NCBI RefSeq assembly: GCF_964355755.1
Contig: NC_092672.1
Span: 9,796,001 to 9,860,000, forward strand
Direction of reading: 5' to 3'
Source: Antedon mediterranea
Taxonomy: Eukaryota; Animalia; Echinodermata
DNA length: 64,000 nucleotides
A program made the position numbers and the translations under genes. The notes beneath the pieces are model-generated. The model saw nothing but the letters and a program-made list of their open reading frames with translations. It was not told where the DNA came from and did not search any database. Below, piece after piece: positions 27,939-42,903 of this stretch; position 1 is the first letter of the stretch, and each line of letters opens with the position of its first letter.

Positions 27939-28743
27939 GGCACTGTTTCTGCTGCCAAGAAAATACCGTATTTTATACGGTATTTTTTGAATACCGTATA
28001 TATACCGTATTTTTTTGGCAGCAGAAATAGCGCTCATAAAAAAAATACCGTATTTTGTATACCGTATTTTCCCCACAAAATTTGTGGATAAAATACGGTA
28101 TTTACAAATTTATACCGTATTTTTTGTACCCTTTTCTGCTGCCAATTAAAAAATACCGTATTTTTTTTGACCTGTGACATGAGGTCAACATCGTGTTTTT
28201 ATTTTCTGTCGCTGTCAGCTTTTTTACACACGTGTATAGATATATTTGGCGAAAATGTGGAGCGAAGACGTCACAGTATTTACTATATAAATCTGTGTGG
28301 GGAAGCTAAAATGTCTGGCCAACTAAAAGGTAATAAAAGGGACAACCACATTTATAAAGACATTTCTAAAAAAATAAAGCAGCAGGAGTACGGAATAGAC
28401 TTGTCTCCAAGCAAGTAAATTCAAGGCTGAAGAGCATGTGAAGCAGTACAACATTGCAAAAGACAATAACTCGGGAGGGAACGAATTACTTGTCCCCATT
28501 ACGATGTTTTCTGTGCTCTCACAACATCTCTTCACTAGGGCTAGGCTGTTGAAAGTGAGACGTAAAACTTCCTTTATTACGACTTTTAATTATCGACCAA
28601 ATAAATGAATGACAAATGTGTGTAAAAAGGATGAAATTTAACACGACCACCCAAGAAGTACAGTATTGTTAGCAGAAACAGGGTACTAAAAAATATGGTA
28701 TAAAAAATACCGTATTTTGAGCAGTTGCAGCAGAAACAGGCCC
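27939..28743. mobile_element. PIF/Harbinger-type MITE
   Basis: TAA TSD on both sides; TIR ggcactgtttctgctgc / gcagcagaaacaggccc; many aaataccgtattt subterminal repeats. Confidence 0.82.
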
Positions 28744-29709
28744 TAATATGGAGAAAGATAATCATACATTAATATGTCAAATATGTGCATAATGTTTCAG
28801 GTTTCAAATGTTGTTAATATAAATCGAAATCGAATCAAAGTTGTGGTGATTATTTAATTTGGCTATTTGTTTGACCTATTGACTACAGTAGTTGGCTTAG
28901 AGTGTAGAGTAGTGATGTGGTTAGGAAGCTGGGATGGGAATTCTATTTCTGATGACTTAAAAAGAGGTAGCCTTTGCTTACCAGTTGCCTAGAGGGATTC
29001 TGTCTATTTTATGCCTACTGTAGGTTACCTGGATCCTTCCCTGGGAGAGTAAATGAAAAATTAAAGTAAATAAATAAAAAAATAAGGGTCGACCTTAAAC
29101 ACTCCTTCACCATAATGGACTACTCTTCCGTCCCACCATAAATAGGGATATATTCAAGTTCCTATAAGGCTAAACTTAATGCTAATTTACATCTCAACTT
29201 TGTTTAAGTGAACTTAACTTGCAGCGTGGTTGGTTAGTGTTTTTTATATCAATCATAATACAGATAGTTTTGGAATCCAAAGAAAATTACAAACTATATT
29301 TAATTTCAATATTTTCTATTTATTAACCTAAATCACATTACAAATTGACTGGTACCATGGCTGTTACCATTTAGTTTCGGAGAAAGTTTAAGTCATGATC
29401 GCTTAACTATGAATTTGTTTTGATACATAAATATAAGCAGGGTCTGCGGTAAGTAATTGGCTGTAATGAATCGTGTTATTCTATATGCATATATTTATGA
29501 AATAATTGTAGTAGACAGAGTTGAGGTCAAGAAACCTAAGCTTAGTTCCACTCGGCATACACTTTGAAAGACTTTTACCCAGCAACATCCCATCATTTAC
29601 CTCTGATGGCTTTCAGGACATCCTCAAAGGAAATTAGTACCATATAAGCCTAGAGTTTATGTAGTGGTACAAATCTTAAGTCAAGTAGGCCTACTACAGT
29701 ACTGTACAA

Positions 29710-29872
29710 CAGGGTCGTAGCCACCAGTAGGTTGGTGTGGTTTCAACCTGATCACTTTCTCACAGAGGTCTTTGACAACCATGTGGGCTGCACAGAGGAT
29801 TTTTCCCTGTTCTTGCGAAAATTTTACTTCCTTAGAACTTCTACCACTTTATTTCTTGTGCATACATCACTG
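29710..29872 (+). mobile_element. Short CAG-terminated MITE, second copy
   Basis: cagggtcgtagccaccagtaggttgg...catacatcactg is similar to 23552-23697. Confidence 0.6.
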
Positions 29873-31159
29873 CACAATCATGTTTTATGTTGTATTTTAT
29901 TTTATAAAGGTTTAGGACTGTATCGCTACTAACCTAAAAACTTTATGATGATTCAGATCTCATTTTAATGTTAGAAACAATCTGCAGAACAGTTTACTAG
30001 AGTAGGGTCAAATTTGATGTGGATTTGGCCAGTCAGTAGATTTAGCATAGTGTTCCAACACTGTACCAGATGATGAGTTATGATGAATTTCAGACGAACC
30101 TGCTTGTGTCAACTTATTTAATACTTAATAATCCGACCGACCTTGTAAACAGTTATAAAGCTTTATTATTAGTACTAGTGTATAAAACTGCTGATATTTT
30201 GTTTCTTGTTTTATGTACATTTTTCAATTACATTTTTTGAGTTCAACAATTTCGTTCTTCTTTATTGACGACAAGAAACACATCTTTTTTTTTCTTATAA
30301 ATTTTCATCTTCCAGCTTTCCATTCATTTATTTGTTCCAGTTTATCTATAAATGCATTTATATGTATATACAAATGATATAATAGCTATAAATAAAGATA
30401 AATTATGTATATAAAAAGTCTAAAAATGATTCCACTTTCATTTTCTAATTTGTATTTTACCGGAAACAAATGGTTTTGCAATAAAATTGTTTTCTTCTTA
30501 TATGAAGTGCATTATTATTCAAAACAGTATTACAAACACTTAATTTAATTGTATATTGTTTCATATTGTTGACATGATATGATTGTTCCAGGGTTAAAGA
30601 TATACTGTATCACATTAATGTTAAAAATATCAATGATTCATTAAGCATGATTTAAATTGATACCACTTGTGCAAGTCCATCATTAATAAGGGGTTCTCTA
30701 TTCAAGGTTTTGGACTTCCTTACATTTAACATGTGTGTCTTGTTGATCACTGCTAATATCCATCTTGATTGGCCAAAGTTTTTACCGTGTATCTAACAAA
30801 TAACCTGGTTTGTTACCTCTTGTGTCCTTTCCGATAGCAAATCATTTGACAGGAAACAATATTCAGTTCGAGGCCATGTATATGGTTTTATTTTTCAAGT
30901 TTTAGTTTTAGTCTGTTAAACACACTCATCAAAAGTATATCCAGCATGTTCATACAAGGCCAGGCTGCAATTTGATTGGACAAAATTCCAAGTAAACCCT
31001 GAACGAACAAATGCAGATTTTATCATATTAGAAAGAAGATCTGCGTAGTCTAGGAACAGATCATTTGTGCATGTGGATCTCGACAATCGATGTAGGCCCT
31101 GTATTGCATTCAGTTCTTCCCTGTAGTAGTTTGGATTATTTTATAAACTGAAGTGGAAA

Positions 31160-31282
31160 ATGGGTTCCCGAATGAAACGGCACGAACAGTGGAAGTTTCA
31201 ACATGATTTCTGGAGTACTTGCAAGTTAGCAACAATCTCTGAATCAATGGAAGCAGCATTTGTCTTCGCTGAAAAACAGAAG
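31160..31282 (+). CDS. KAZN: Candidate internal alternative first exon: MGSRMKRHEQWKFQHDFWSTCKLATISESMEAAFVFAEKQK
   Basis: ATG at 31160, 41 open codons, strong donor AAG|GTGCGT in phase 0, matching the phase-0 acceptor at 37438. Confidence 0.55.
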
Positions 31283-34200
31283 GTGCGTTTCTACTTCTAG
31301 GGTCTTCCGTCCAACATGCTCTCTACCACTTTATCTATTGTCATATGGGTCCATTAAATACCATGGAACATGTTACTACAATATTTAGAAGAGTTAAACA
31401 CCTGTATTTATATTATACTTATTTACAATACGAAAATGTCTTTACTTTTTATAATCAACATGATTTTTAGCATTTTCAAATATTTCTGATTATTTTGTAA
31501 AAATGTTTTGATTTTTGTCAAATTTTGACCTACCGTAAATATTGTTTTGAGATTTGTAGCTCTAAATAATTGTTCAGAATTCTATGAAAATTATAGAATG
31601 TAATATATAATGAGTGTCATCTAATCTTTTTTAATATTTTGTTGTTTTTTTGCTTCAAACTTATATTTATTTGTTTTAAAATTTAAAAGTTTAAATTAAA
31701 AATATATGCATGGACTAAGGAAATATATTTGAAATTGCTTGTTTAAAAAAATCAGCAAATTATTATCAATTTAGTTATTTGAAAAATTTATTTTCCATAC
31801 TTTTTTTTAACTGAAAAAAACAAATAGCCATATTTTGTTTTTATATTATGATATGGTATTTTCAACCAGTCATGCTTTATTAAAGATAACATTGACTTAC
31901 AATTGTATGCAGAACATTTTTCATTCTCTAATTATGAATAATTAGATTAAATTAGTAAAGACCTTGTTAATTGAATGATTATATAACTGGATTTTGTGGA
32001 AGCTCTTATTTAATTTCTATCCAATAAACCTGATTTAGTTCAATTTACTTTATAGTGGAGACCTTAAGTAAATCCTGGTCTTAGCTGTGATGCCTTAGGG
32101 CTACAGCAGAGCTTATCCCCCCAGTTTCTGTGGCAGCACAGCTAAATTGGGTTCAAATGTTTTTTCCTCCATTTATCTTTGGTACCAATTTGTATTTATG
32201 TGTGATTGATACTAACACTGTGGAGGTGTGATGTTAAAACGCAACAAAGAGTGATGATAGCTACTGCAGTTCAATATACCAATACATTAAGCTGTGTTTA
32301 TACTGTACGCACTGTGAGCTCCGTTCTAGGCATAGTTTAGTTGATCCTAATCATATCCATGTTACATCTGCAGTAAAATACTGTGTTGTTAACTGTGTAC
32401 ATTACCTCTGAGATGCGTTTGGTATAACTTTGACCTCATTAGCATAAAAAATGTAGAATACACAAACAATTTCCATTATCTTATTTATTTTATTTTATTA
32501 ATTTTAGCAACATTAAAACAATACATAAACTTTGAGTGTGCGAAGGATCACTGTCGCCATAAGGCGTGCCACACCAGCACTCAAAGCATACATTAAAACA
32601 TAAAACAATGTAAATATGTAATATTAATACCATAATTGTATACATCTTCATCTTCATTATCACTATCATCATCAACAGATGATTTTTTGTGAGTTTGAAT
32701 GTCGAACAAGTTTTACCGTTTAGTCAAATTCCCTATACTGCAGTTTTACTCTCTAAAAGTGTGTGTATATAGTGTATAAAAAAAACTCTTAGTTAACAAA
32801 TCTTTACTTCCAATACTCATGGCCATATTTTGTTTTTTTATTTTTTTCCATAAATAATAATAAATAAACATCAACTTGATATTCATGAACTGCGGATAGA
32901 ACAAGTTATTTTATTTCTTTTTGTCATTAGACAAAGTGACTGGTATTTCCATCATAGATATTTTTATTATATCTTTAGCATTCATTCACTTTGTGCAAAG
33001 GTAGTATCAGTATGTATTAAAAGCATGCATTAGGAAATTAAATTGAAATGTGTAGTATTCGGCCCGTTTGAAGGTGCATGGCAATTCATTATAGCATTCT
33101 GAAAAGATAGTAAGAGAGTAATAACAGAATCATAATTGCACCTATTTATAATGTTTCATTTCAGTAACAATGTTTTGATATCAGCAAACAAATTACTACC
33201 TTACTTACGTATTATTATATCATAATAAAGTTCATGTTTATTACAAATATAGTACAACTTTCTTTAAATTATTTTTGTTTTGAGAATGAGGAGATGTATT
33301 GATTATTTAGCGGTCAAAAGAAGAGTTTAAAAAGAGTTTTTACGTTGTGAAAAAAATAATGAAATATTATCTTTTGGAACCTCTTGGTACTTTTAGACTT
33401 TATTGATATATTACTTTATGTTGAATTGAAAATTATTAAGAATAAACATATTTCATTTGTGACCGATTTGTATACTGTAGCTTTTTATTTCACTTAAGAT
33501 ATTTATTGGAAAGGCCAGAAGATTGAAGTAGTTTATGTTATTTTAAAGGAAAAGGGTTCCAGAGTGGTCTTGTGAATCATCATCTGTGAACGTGAGATCA
33601 TTATATCAACAATTGACTTGTAATAAAATATTATATTTCTGTGTATTCAATTTGTTTTTTTGTCATAAAATATTCAATAATTTCCTGTTTGGTCTTTTCT
33701 GTATTGTTTGTGGTTGTGGTATATCCAAAAGATGGTACAACAATTACCTGAAATATTTCTTCTAAGAAAAAACATTGATTCTATCTTTATTCAATATTAT
33801 TAACAGAATATTGGAATTTTAACCTGGATGCTGAGATTGCAGGATATCTCAAGATCTTGTTGCACAGTTTAATTCTTTGAATAACATATTGTGGTTTTTA
33901 ATTGTTTCCTAAATTAAATAATACAACAGTGTATGTTATGATACATTACCATATAAACCAAATTAAGTTTATCACCGAACTTTAGGACCACATTTGAAAC
34001 TGAGGGACATAAATTTGTTCACTGTCATTCTTTGACTTTCATAATGAAACTGAAGCATGTGTACTAAATTAGTAATTGAATAATTAGTGGGAATTTGCAA
34101 CTAATTAGCTCTGGTAAATACCCACAACATACAGTTATTACTTCTTCATAGTTTAAAACGTATGTTTTCATTGATAGCAGACGGTTGATTTTCATTCTAA

Positions 34201-37200
34201 ACTCTGCAAATCCTTGATATAAAAATCCTATCATTTTTAAATGTTTGTTTTTTTATATATTACTGAATAAATTACTGAAATTAATTTCTGTATCTGAGCA
34301 ACAAAATCTCCATTTTTAATGTTTGTGTTTTCCAGAAACTGAATTCAGATATTGTTAAAACATATTGTGTATCATTCGTATCTTATTGTACTCATTTATC
34401 TGTATATTAACTGGTGGTATTAACACCCAGGTATGTAAACCCTAGAGAGTTTCTAGAGTGTTTTCAATATTTTGGATTCTGTTCAGGTACTATATTTGCT
34501 TTTAGAAAAAATCACATTTTATTCATCTAAATAAAAAGTGCAAATTACAGAATGAAACATGATACAGAGGCTTATGTCATAAGTGACCTTGCAAAAAGAA
34601 AATAACAAAATATAAATTGAATTCAATTTGTATTGTATTGTAGTTTTTTTGTTGTACCTATTCAGTAGTATTTTTACATTTGACAATAGGATCTTCAGAG
34701 TGAGACATGTAATTTTACAGTTGATTAGTCTTTAACATCCTCCTATTCTTTACAAATATCTTTGATATACACCCGCTTCCGTGGACAGTCAATTGATAGG
34801 AGTGTTACCTAAGGCATTACTGACACGTGTGATGTGTCATGTTCATCCAAGCATTCGTTGTTGTTATTTTATTATGGTAAACTGTAATTTACCTGATTAA
34901 AAAAAGTACACAAGTTCTAAAAACTATCGATGCATAAAGATTGACTGAATTTAGATGAACTATTGTATGAATAAATACATATTGTAAATGAATATACCAG
35001 TGTCTTTTCAGATCTGCAAAAATTAACTTGTAACAAGTTGAAATCAGGTTTGCATAGTGTGAAGACGATTTTTTGGAAAATCTTCTGAGACTTTACAGAC
35101 GTCCCCTCCCAGCAAGAGGACTGTTTTTGTTTGAGTAGTTAACTGCGCATGTGTAATTGCCCTGATATTTAACTGACCAATCACAGTGTATGCATAATAA
35201 TCAAATAGCGCCCAAAGTATACTTTCTCCCAAAATTCTACAAGGTTCCTGAAAGTGTGTTTGAAACGTGTAATAAATTGAAATATGAAAATGTGCTGCAA
35301 CTTGTTAAAATTTGTACCAATTTATGCAGTGTGAAAAGGGTATACAAACTGTATCAGGCTTTAAATGGAACTCTTTATTTTTAGATCTGCCAGATCACCA
35401 CCTGTGATAAAACTGCATATAATTGGTAGACCAGCTATAATTTGCTCAAATTAAGATATATGTGGTATTGATTCTGTAATTAACTTCTTGGGATAAGTAT
35501 GTTTTCACAAATATCTGGCTATAATAAGAACACTGACACTTGTCTGGCTGAAGATTTGCTAGAAAAAAATCAATTCCAGTGATAGTACAGTAATTAGTAG
35601 TATCATGGTTGTGGTACTTCTTCAAGCTACACCTTTGACTGTGTTTAATATTTCTTCTATTAGTGTTTGTTCTGATGACATTTTATAGCTCTTTTCAACT
35701 TTCGTTCAAATTCTTCATTACTCTTATTATGCAAATAAATGTAAATATTCTAAATCTTATTCTCTCTTTAAACAATGTATTCCAAAAAATGCATATGTTT
35801 TGCTATAAATGCTAACTAACTAATAATTTATACAAAATTATCTAAGACTGAAATTGAACATGTTTTTGAATGTTTTCTACATTTATAAATATGTTAGACT
35901 AATTGAACAAAATGTATAAAGAATATTTAATTGCATTTCTTTATTCATCAATTATTGCTGTAGATTCTTATCAATCATGTTTGTTTCATGTCCGGACAAC
36001 TATTCCTTGCATAATTACCTCTTTATTAACTGTGATATCTATAGTTTTAAATCCTTCGCTGTACAAATGGACATCATTCTAATTTTGTAGTTTTAAATTC
36101 TTTCTTTACAAAGTATGGTCAGTTTTACTGTATTCCATTTCAGTTAAATATTTTGTAATTCAACATGAATGTGTTTTTTGTCTTCTAAAATTATAAATAC
36201 TTTCAGCTGTTTGCGGTTTTTGCATTTTGTCCTTTAGGTAACATTAATTACTGGTTGCGTTGTTGATTTCTTCATGAACTGCCTGGTACAATACAACTAT
36301 AACATTTTTAACTGAGGAAGTCCTCGTTTGCTATTTGTACAAAAGTCTGCAGGCCATGTCTGACATTCAATGCTGAACAACATTTTCAGGATGGGATAAT
36401 TTAAATAAAGCATCATTAAAATGTATGGAATAAGCTGATTTTTTGTACTGTATTATATAGTGCTAGCAGTTCAACTAGTTGTGTGATTGAAAAGTTGTAT
36501 CCCATGGCATTTTTAATAATAAATATTTATAATGTGCTCTATATCCATTAATAGGCTCAGTATAAATAATAAACCAATTAAAATATGACTTATTTGTCTT
36601 AAGATGATGTTTAAACCAATATACAAACCACTCACAATTTTAATTAATCAGCAATCGCTCAGGAACTGAGTGAATACTTGGCAAAATTTTGAGCGACATA
36701 GGGCCTGCTATTTAATTTAATTTTTCCAGGTAAAAAATAATCAAACAGTTTGTCTATATTACCAAGCAAAATAAAATTAAATAGCACTTCCTATAACCTG
36801 AAAAATAAGCTCAAACCTGTCATACTAAATGCACATGCAGAGAAAGCATGCCATTTTCGGTGAGTTTGTCTGAGCAGTGTAACATTAAAACAAAATGATT
36901 AGGTCAAATGTCTCTTAAAGAACAATCCGAATGTCAAGTTTGAGCATAAACAACATTCATCTTCACCTTCACATGGATTGCTGCCAATAACATAATCATC
37001 AAACGCTGTCTACATACAAGTTTACGTCAATAATTGCACTACATAATCTCTTGTATTAGATACTCTTAATCCTATAATGTTTATGATCACTGCTCCAGAA
37101 AACGTAATCATTCAACTCCAAATTATTTCATCAAACCATTCAATCATTCTTTCAATCCAATCACAAATTTCAGTAAACAGAATGAAAAATATGTAAACTA

Positions 37201-37437
37201 TGACAATTTCATGTGTTGTAGAATCTCTATTAAGGGGACACCTTTTTCGATTTTGTCAATAAATGTTTGCTAGTGCAGCAGGACAAACTTGATAAAACTA
37301 TTAAAAAAAAAAGGAGGAAAACAAGAATTTGATAAAGTTTGAGCTTAAGATATTGTCGACATCACTTGACTACCATAACTTTTCAGCCTTTCACATTACA
37401 TAGTTATTCAATATATTCTCTGTTTTATTTTATATAG

Positions 37438-37537
37438 AGTGCTAACCAAGAAGTCAATGCATTAAAATCAGAATTAGCAGAGAGAGATCGACGACTTACG
37501 GAAATCGGCGAACATGGTAATATTCAAGATAACAAAG
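37438..37537 (+). CDS. KAZN: Kazrin exon SANQEVNALKSELAERDRRLTEIGEHGNIQDNK (alternative donor after 37516)
   Basis: Acceptor ttttattttatatag|; matches SASQEVTNLRAELTATNRRLAEL. Two phase-1 donors (G|GTAATA after 37516, AAG|GTTCGT after 37537). Not in the ORF track. Confidence 0.88.
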
Positions 37538-38392
37538 GTTCGTAAATGTTAATATAATTACAATCGTATCCGATTGCGGTTGCAGAAACACCTACCATAC
37601 AGATTGACTTTACTTGACAGTGTCAAGTCTCCCATGTTTTATAATCAAACCAAGGTGTATTGGAACTCCTGGGTGATATTCACATACTGTGGGGAAATTG
37701 ATGTCAACGCAATCTCCAAGTGACTGTCATATTTACAGGTTCTTTCCTGAAATTGACAACATAAAGCACTGATGGATGTTGTAGATATGAGTAAACGATT
37801 GATGCAAGATTATTTTATAGATTGATGAACTGTAGCTTAAAATAAGGAAATAGTGAGTTACAGAGAGTCATTTTTAGTGGAACCAATGTCACTGGTATAG
37901 TCATAGTATGTTGTAAAATAGGGTTTGTGGTAGGCTACAACATACATGTGAAAAGGAAATAAAGTAAAGTTGAGAATAGCTTTTAGTTGTGATGCTATAA
38001 CCATGTTCTGGAGTAACATCAAGTAACATTCTCAACTTTACTTTATTTTCATTGTGGAATATTGCAAACTTTTTAACAAATGTACATTATGTATTTAACA
38101 TTGATCATGCTAACGGTTCTATTACTCTGGGCAGAATTTTCAAACCTTGCACATCAAACCTCTCAATATAGTGACTATCTTTCTAAAATATTTTCATTAA
38201 AAAAAAAAAAAGTTTAACATAAAATAGTACATTTGTGTATATAAGCCTTTCAGTTAATTTTCATTTGAAATGGAAAGTTGGCTGGCTATGTAAAAATACT
38301 GTATAAACAATCAGGCCAATGTAAATGACTAACACAGTTTTGCATTGATAATGATATGTTTTTGTTTTACGTAATGTTTATTTTAATCACAG

Positions 38393-38614
38393 AATGGCAA
38401 AGACAACAAGAGGAGAATGAACACCAAAAAGAATTACAGAAGTTAAGAGACAGAAATAGTAAATTAGAAGCTGAGAACAAGAACTTATTACGGCAGCTTG
38501 ATGATTTACGAGTACTTAGTAGTTACCAGTCTGAGATACCACAAGCTAGCGAGCTTCAAATACAGTTGACAAGGACAGAACACGACTTAGCACGTGCTAA
38601 GGAAGCTCTTACAG
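38393..38614 (+). CDS. KAZN: Kazrin coiled-coil exon (EWQRQQEE...TEHDLARAKEALT)
   Basis: Acceptor aatcacag|, donor CAG|GTACGA; phase 1 to 1. Confidence 0.92.
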
Positions 38615-41600
38615 GTACGATACTCAGGACTGTAGCTAGAAAAATCTAGGGTTTATGACAAAACAAAAGTGTGGGTATTCTCGGGTATCAAATGGTAGAC
38701 TTTAACTGGTAGAACAATCCAGCAAACCATTTATTTCTCCAAAAATATTTTTCTAGCAATTACCACTGCCATACTCATCAATAAATGCTATGTATTAAGT
38801 TGTCAAATAAGTTAATATACTTTTTTTAGAAACAAGTAAAGACATTAAGTGGCTCATATGAACAGACAACTTCCATAAGTCCATACATGTCCAGGATTTT
38901 TTTTCCACAAAAGAGGCAAAAAAATGTTATGAACTTGTCTGGTCTGTAGTTTAAAACAGGCTCTTCAGCAAAGAGAAGGTGTTCGTTTGAACTTTTGAAT
39001 TTCCCTGGCTATGGTTTTTCTTTCAATTCCACTGAAACTGAGATTTTGCACTGTACTGTAGGAGTAACCTTCGTTTTACATATTACATAGTATATAAAAC
39101 GTTCAGTTAATATCTTTTAAATATAGTTTTGACAATCTAGTAAACTGCGTACCATGCAAGTGTCAAATGAGCAATGCTACATTATTTGCAGACTTTGTTT
39201 CCTGTATTCAATACATTGTTTTATTCATGCTGCCCTGGGAAGTATGTGAATCAGCAACCGGGCCCTGGATACAAATAAACTGTACCTGGGAATGTTAATT
39301 ATCGGATTTGACCTATTAAATATTAATAGATGCATAATTTCAAATATTACTACCGTATCCTGTGAATAATTCTGCTTTCTCATAATTATTTTAATGTGTG
39401 TTAATTAATGTCTTTAAAGTTTTGCTATGATTGGACTATGTGTGTCACATGTGGTTAACTATAGACATGAGAATAGATAAGAACCTAATCTTCAGCATTG
39501 AAAGCATAAATATCTATGTTGAGTTTTGAAATTGTCAAAGTTGAGAAATAATATTGAAAATGTCAAGCCAGATTGCCAATATCTACACAATTGTTTAACG
39601 ATCAAGTTTAAACCTAGTTGACATTTATGAACTATTTGACTGGTCAGTTTAAACAATCTTGTTTACCTAAACACCAATGATATATTTTTATTTTGATATC
39701 TGGGATTGATTTTGACCCTGTGAGTAACCTAAACTACTTCCATGTACAGCAATGTTTAACTTGTTGAATCTTTTTGACTTAGGTTAACTTTTACCTTTCT
39801 AACCCATATCAAAATATTAGCACCCTTCTCCAATGTTACAATGTCCAATCACGTCCTGTAAAAGACATCTTTAAATTTAAATGTATATTTATACATCAGT
39901 AGATTACATTAAAACCACCTAAGACATAAAGGGCTGTGTGATCACTAAAACTTACTTGTGTTGTTTACAGTGAGCGAAATCATCTGACAACTCTTGGAGG
40001 TTCCAAACATACATGTAACTTACTCTGATTTGAACGACGAACAAGCTAAACAATATTGTAACTTAAAGCATGCAACATAGCTTATAGCACTATTTTCCAT
40101 AGTCATGTTATAGTCACAGCCAAATGTCAATCAGTAAACAATTGACTGACAAAAGGTCATAATCATTACACTATTGACAAGCTAGCTTTCAACAGATTCC
40201 CCACACAGGAGACAATACCAAAGCACTTAACAATCAATAGGGCTGGTGGGATAGCCAGAGGAATTCCCTCAGGAAACTGGCTTCTAGAACTCACACTACC
40301 ACAATTTATAGATGAATTGCTTTTCTCATTCAAATCATGGACTGTTTTAAGAATCATTCTTTAGGTGTTAACATTTCAGACCTTTCTTATTAATTCTGGA
40401 GACACTTGTGGACCAGAATCTACAATATGTATTGTTGAATTTTGGATACCAAAGCTATGTTGTGATAATACAGTTTTTTTGAATAGCTAGATTTATAAAA
40501 TTGATCTATAGACTATACAAGTATCCGATTAAAAACCACTATTTGGGTCAGACTTTTAGTGGACTGTATCAGGAGCGTCTAATTTGAAACCTAATTTGAA
40601 ACAGTTTTTCTTTGTATTCATTCCAGCATTTTTTAAAGTTATTTTCAAGAGATACTGTAAATCTCGCCCAAAACAGGGAAACTATATGGAAAGATGTTTT
40701 TTAATATTCATTAACATAGGAAACTGTGTGGTTATTAAACAGATGACATATACTTTTATATTTATACTAATGACTCAATGACATTAGGGTTAAATGATGA
40801 ATTCATTCATAAAATTCAAAGTTCTGACAACATTATATTATACAAAATGCACAGTTTGCAAAATATTTGAAACAGCACATTTTCTTGTTGTTGGCCTATA
40901 GCCAGCGTCCTGATTCCATCATTCAGTGTTCTATGTCTGCGATAATTTGTGACTGATATCTGCATGATTTGTAAGATCAAAATCTAAATCATTTTCTGGA
41001 ACAGATTAAGTTTATAAAGCAGCTAAAGGGGAACAAAAAGGACAGTTTGTGTTATAGAAATTGTATCATTTTCTTTGTTCTGGAATTTTTTTTATGTTTA
41101 CATTTTTGAATTAGACAATTAGCTTATAAAGCGTGTCTATAGGAAACTTATTAACAAATGTTGTTTAATACTGTAATGCTACTTTTCTCTTTCATTTTTT
41201 GGTTCCTTTTCTGTGGTGTAGACAACCTGGCTCATGCAATAATTGTTATACTGTACAAGTCTTTCCCTAACTTCACACATCCATACACATAGGGCAGCAT
41301 TATGAAAGGTTTAAATGAAATGTGAAACATTTGTGCCTTTTTGGATCCAATATAGCTACCAAAATGGTGTATAAATTCCGACCTTTTAACGCTTAGGCAG
41401 GGTAGGTAAATTGTCTGTAACTGCTACTGGAGATGGGCTTAAGGAGGTCTTGTCGTCAATCTCAACATTTCTATCAATTCAGCCATCCACCCTTTTCCAA
41501 GCCAAGCCCCTTCATTAATCCAGTATAAAGTGAAATTGCATATCCATGAGTAGTATATTCCCCTGTGACGGTCAATGTCTAACTAGCCTTGAAAACTCAT

Positions 41601-42903
41601 TCTTGAACTCCCACTCTGGATTTAAATACCAAAATTAAAGGATCTACCCAAGATTTACCCCTTCTAATTCAAGGACAATTTTACACTATTTTGTTTTTTA
41701 TTTTGGTGTTTTAATTGGTGACTAAGTATCATAGTAGTTTTCAATGATATTATCTGATTATTTTATAGATATAAGTGAAAGTGTGGACTTGGAATTGGTC
41801 CTAAAAATTATTTGTTGATAATAAAATTGAATTTAAATGTACAAAAAAACTAATATCGTTGTATAAATCCAAAGAAAATTTTAATTTATTTATATATATT
41901 ATTTTATATAATTTAAAATGACAATGATTTGGGTAAACATTGGTTGGATCTCAATGAAGATACAAAGTCAAAGTTAAATCAAAACAATAAAGTTAAACAA
42001 CCAGAAAAATGCCAAACATGGAAACACTATTTTATTGTCAGGGCAACATACTCTGTGTATTGATTTACATAAACTATTTTTTATGCAAATTAACCAGACT
42101 TGAATGAATTACATTAGAGTATGGTTGTGTTTATTTCTATAAACTGGGTACTTAAGCGTTTAGCTTGATTGTCTGTTGTTTGAACAGTTTTTGTTGTCAG
42201 GATACAGTTTACAATTTGTTATTTACTTTACAAGCAAGTTCCTAAATAGCTGGCGTCAATTGTCGTCCATTCTTCCTAAGTGGCTTTTCATTTGTATTAT
42301 AATTTTTTTGTCTGCTTTCAAAATCGTGACTCTAAGATATTATTTACTTTTTTGAAACAAATTATGTTCATGTTATCAGCTGATTGTTTCTGTTTTAATA
42401 TTGTTATATCATTCCCTGTTGTCGAATTGTTTAATTTTGACCAATCCCAATTGTCCATGGGCATAATTTCATATGTCCCCGCTTTGTAATTCAATTTTAT
42501 GAGGAGATAAAACATTACCATAAATTGCCAATGTCATAATTCAAATTAGATGAAGTGTTGAAAGCACTTTCTGATATTAAGGTGCCTTGTATTTTATTGC
42601 CTTAATGATATACAAGAAAGGAAATAATTTATTTTTTGTGTTAAGTAATTGTAGATCAAGGGTATTGTGTATCAATCACTGCTGACCTGTTTCATATTTA
42701 CAATGCAACCCCTACCTTGGCTCATTCCTATCAAGGAGACATTTCCTGCAAAATGAACATCAATATAATTCTTAACATTACATAGAACACCTATTCATGG
42801 GACACCCCTATTAGGGGACACTTTCTGAAGTTCTGAAAATGTTTTACTGTTAGTAGTATGTTATTGGATATACATTTTAATGTACACTGTATGTTTAGAT
42901 TTA

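Noticed and set aside
40150-40365. GC-balanced open frames on both strands (e.g. ...DKLAFNRFPTQETIPKHL...)
   Set aside because: No phase-compatible splice pair (the phase-1 reading from the CAG acceptor stops after about 11 codons) and no recognisable homology.
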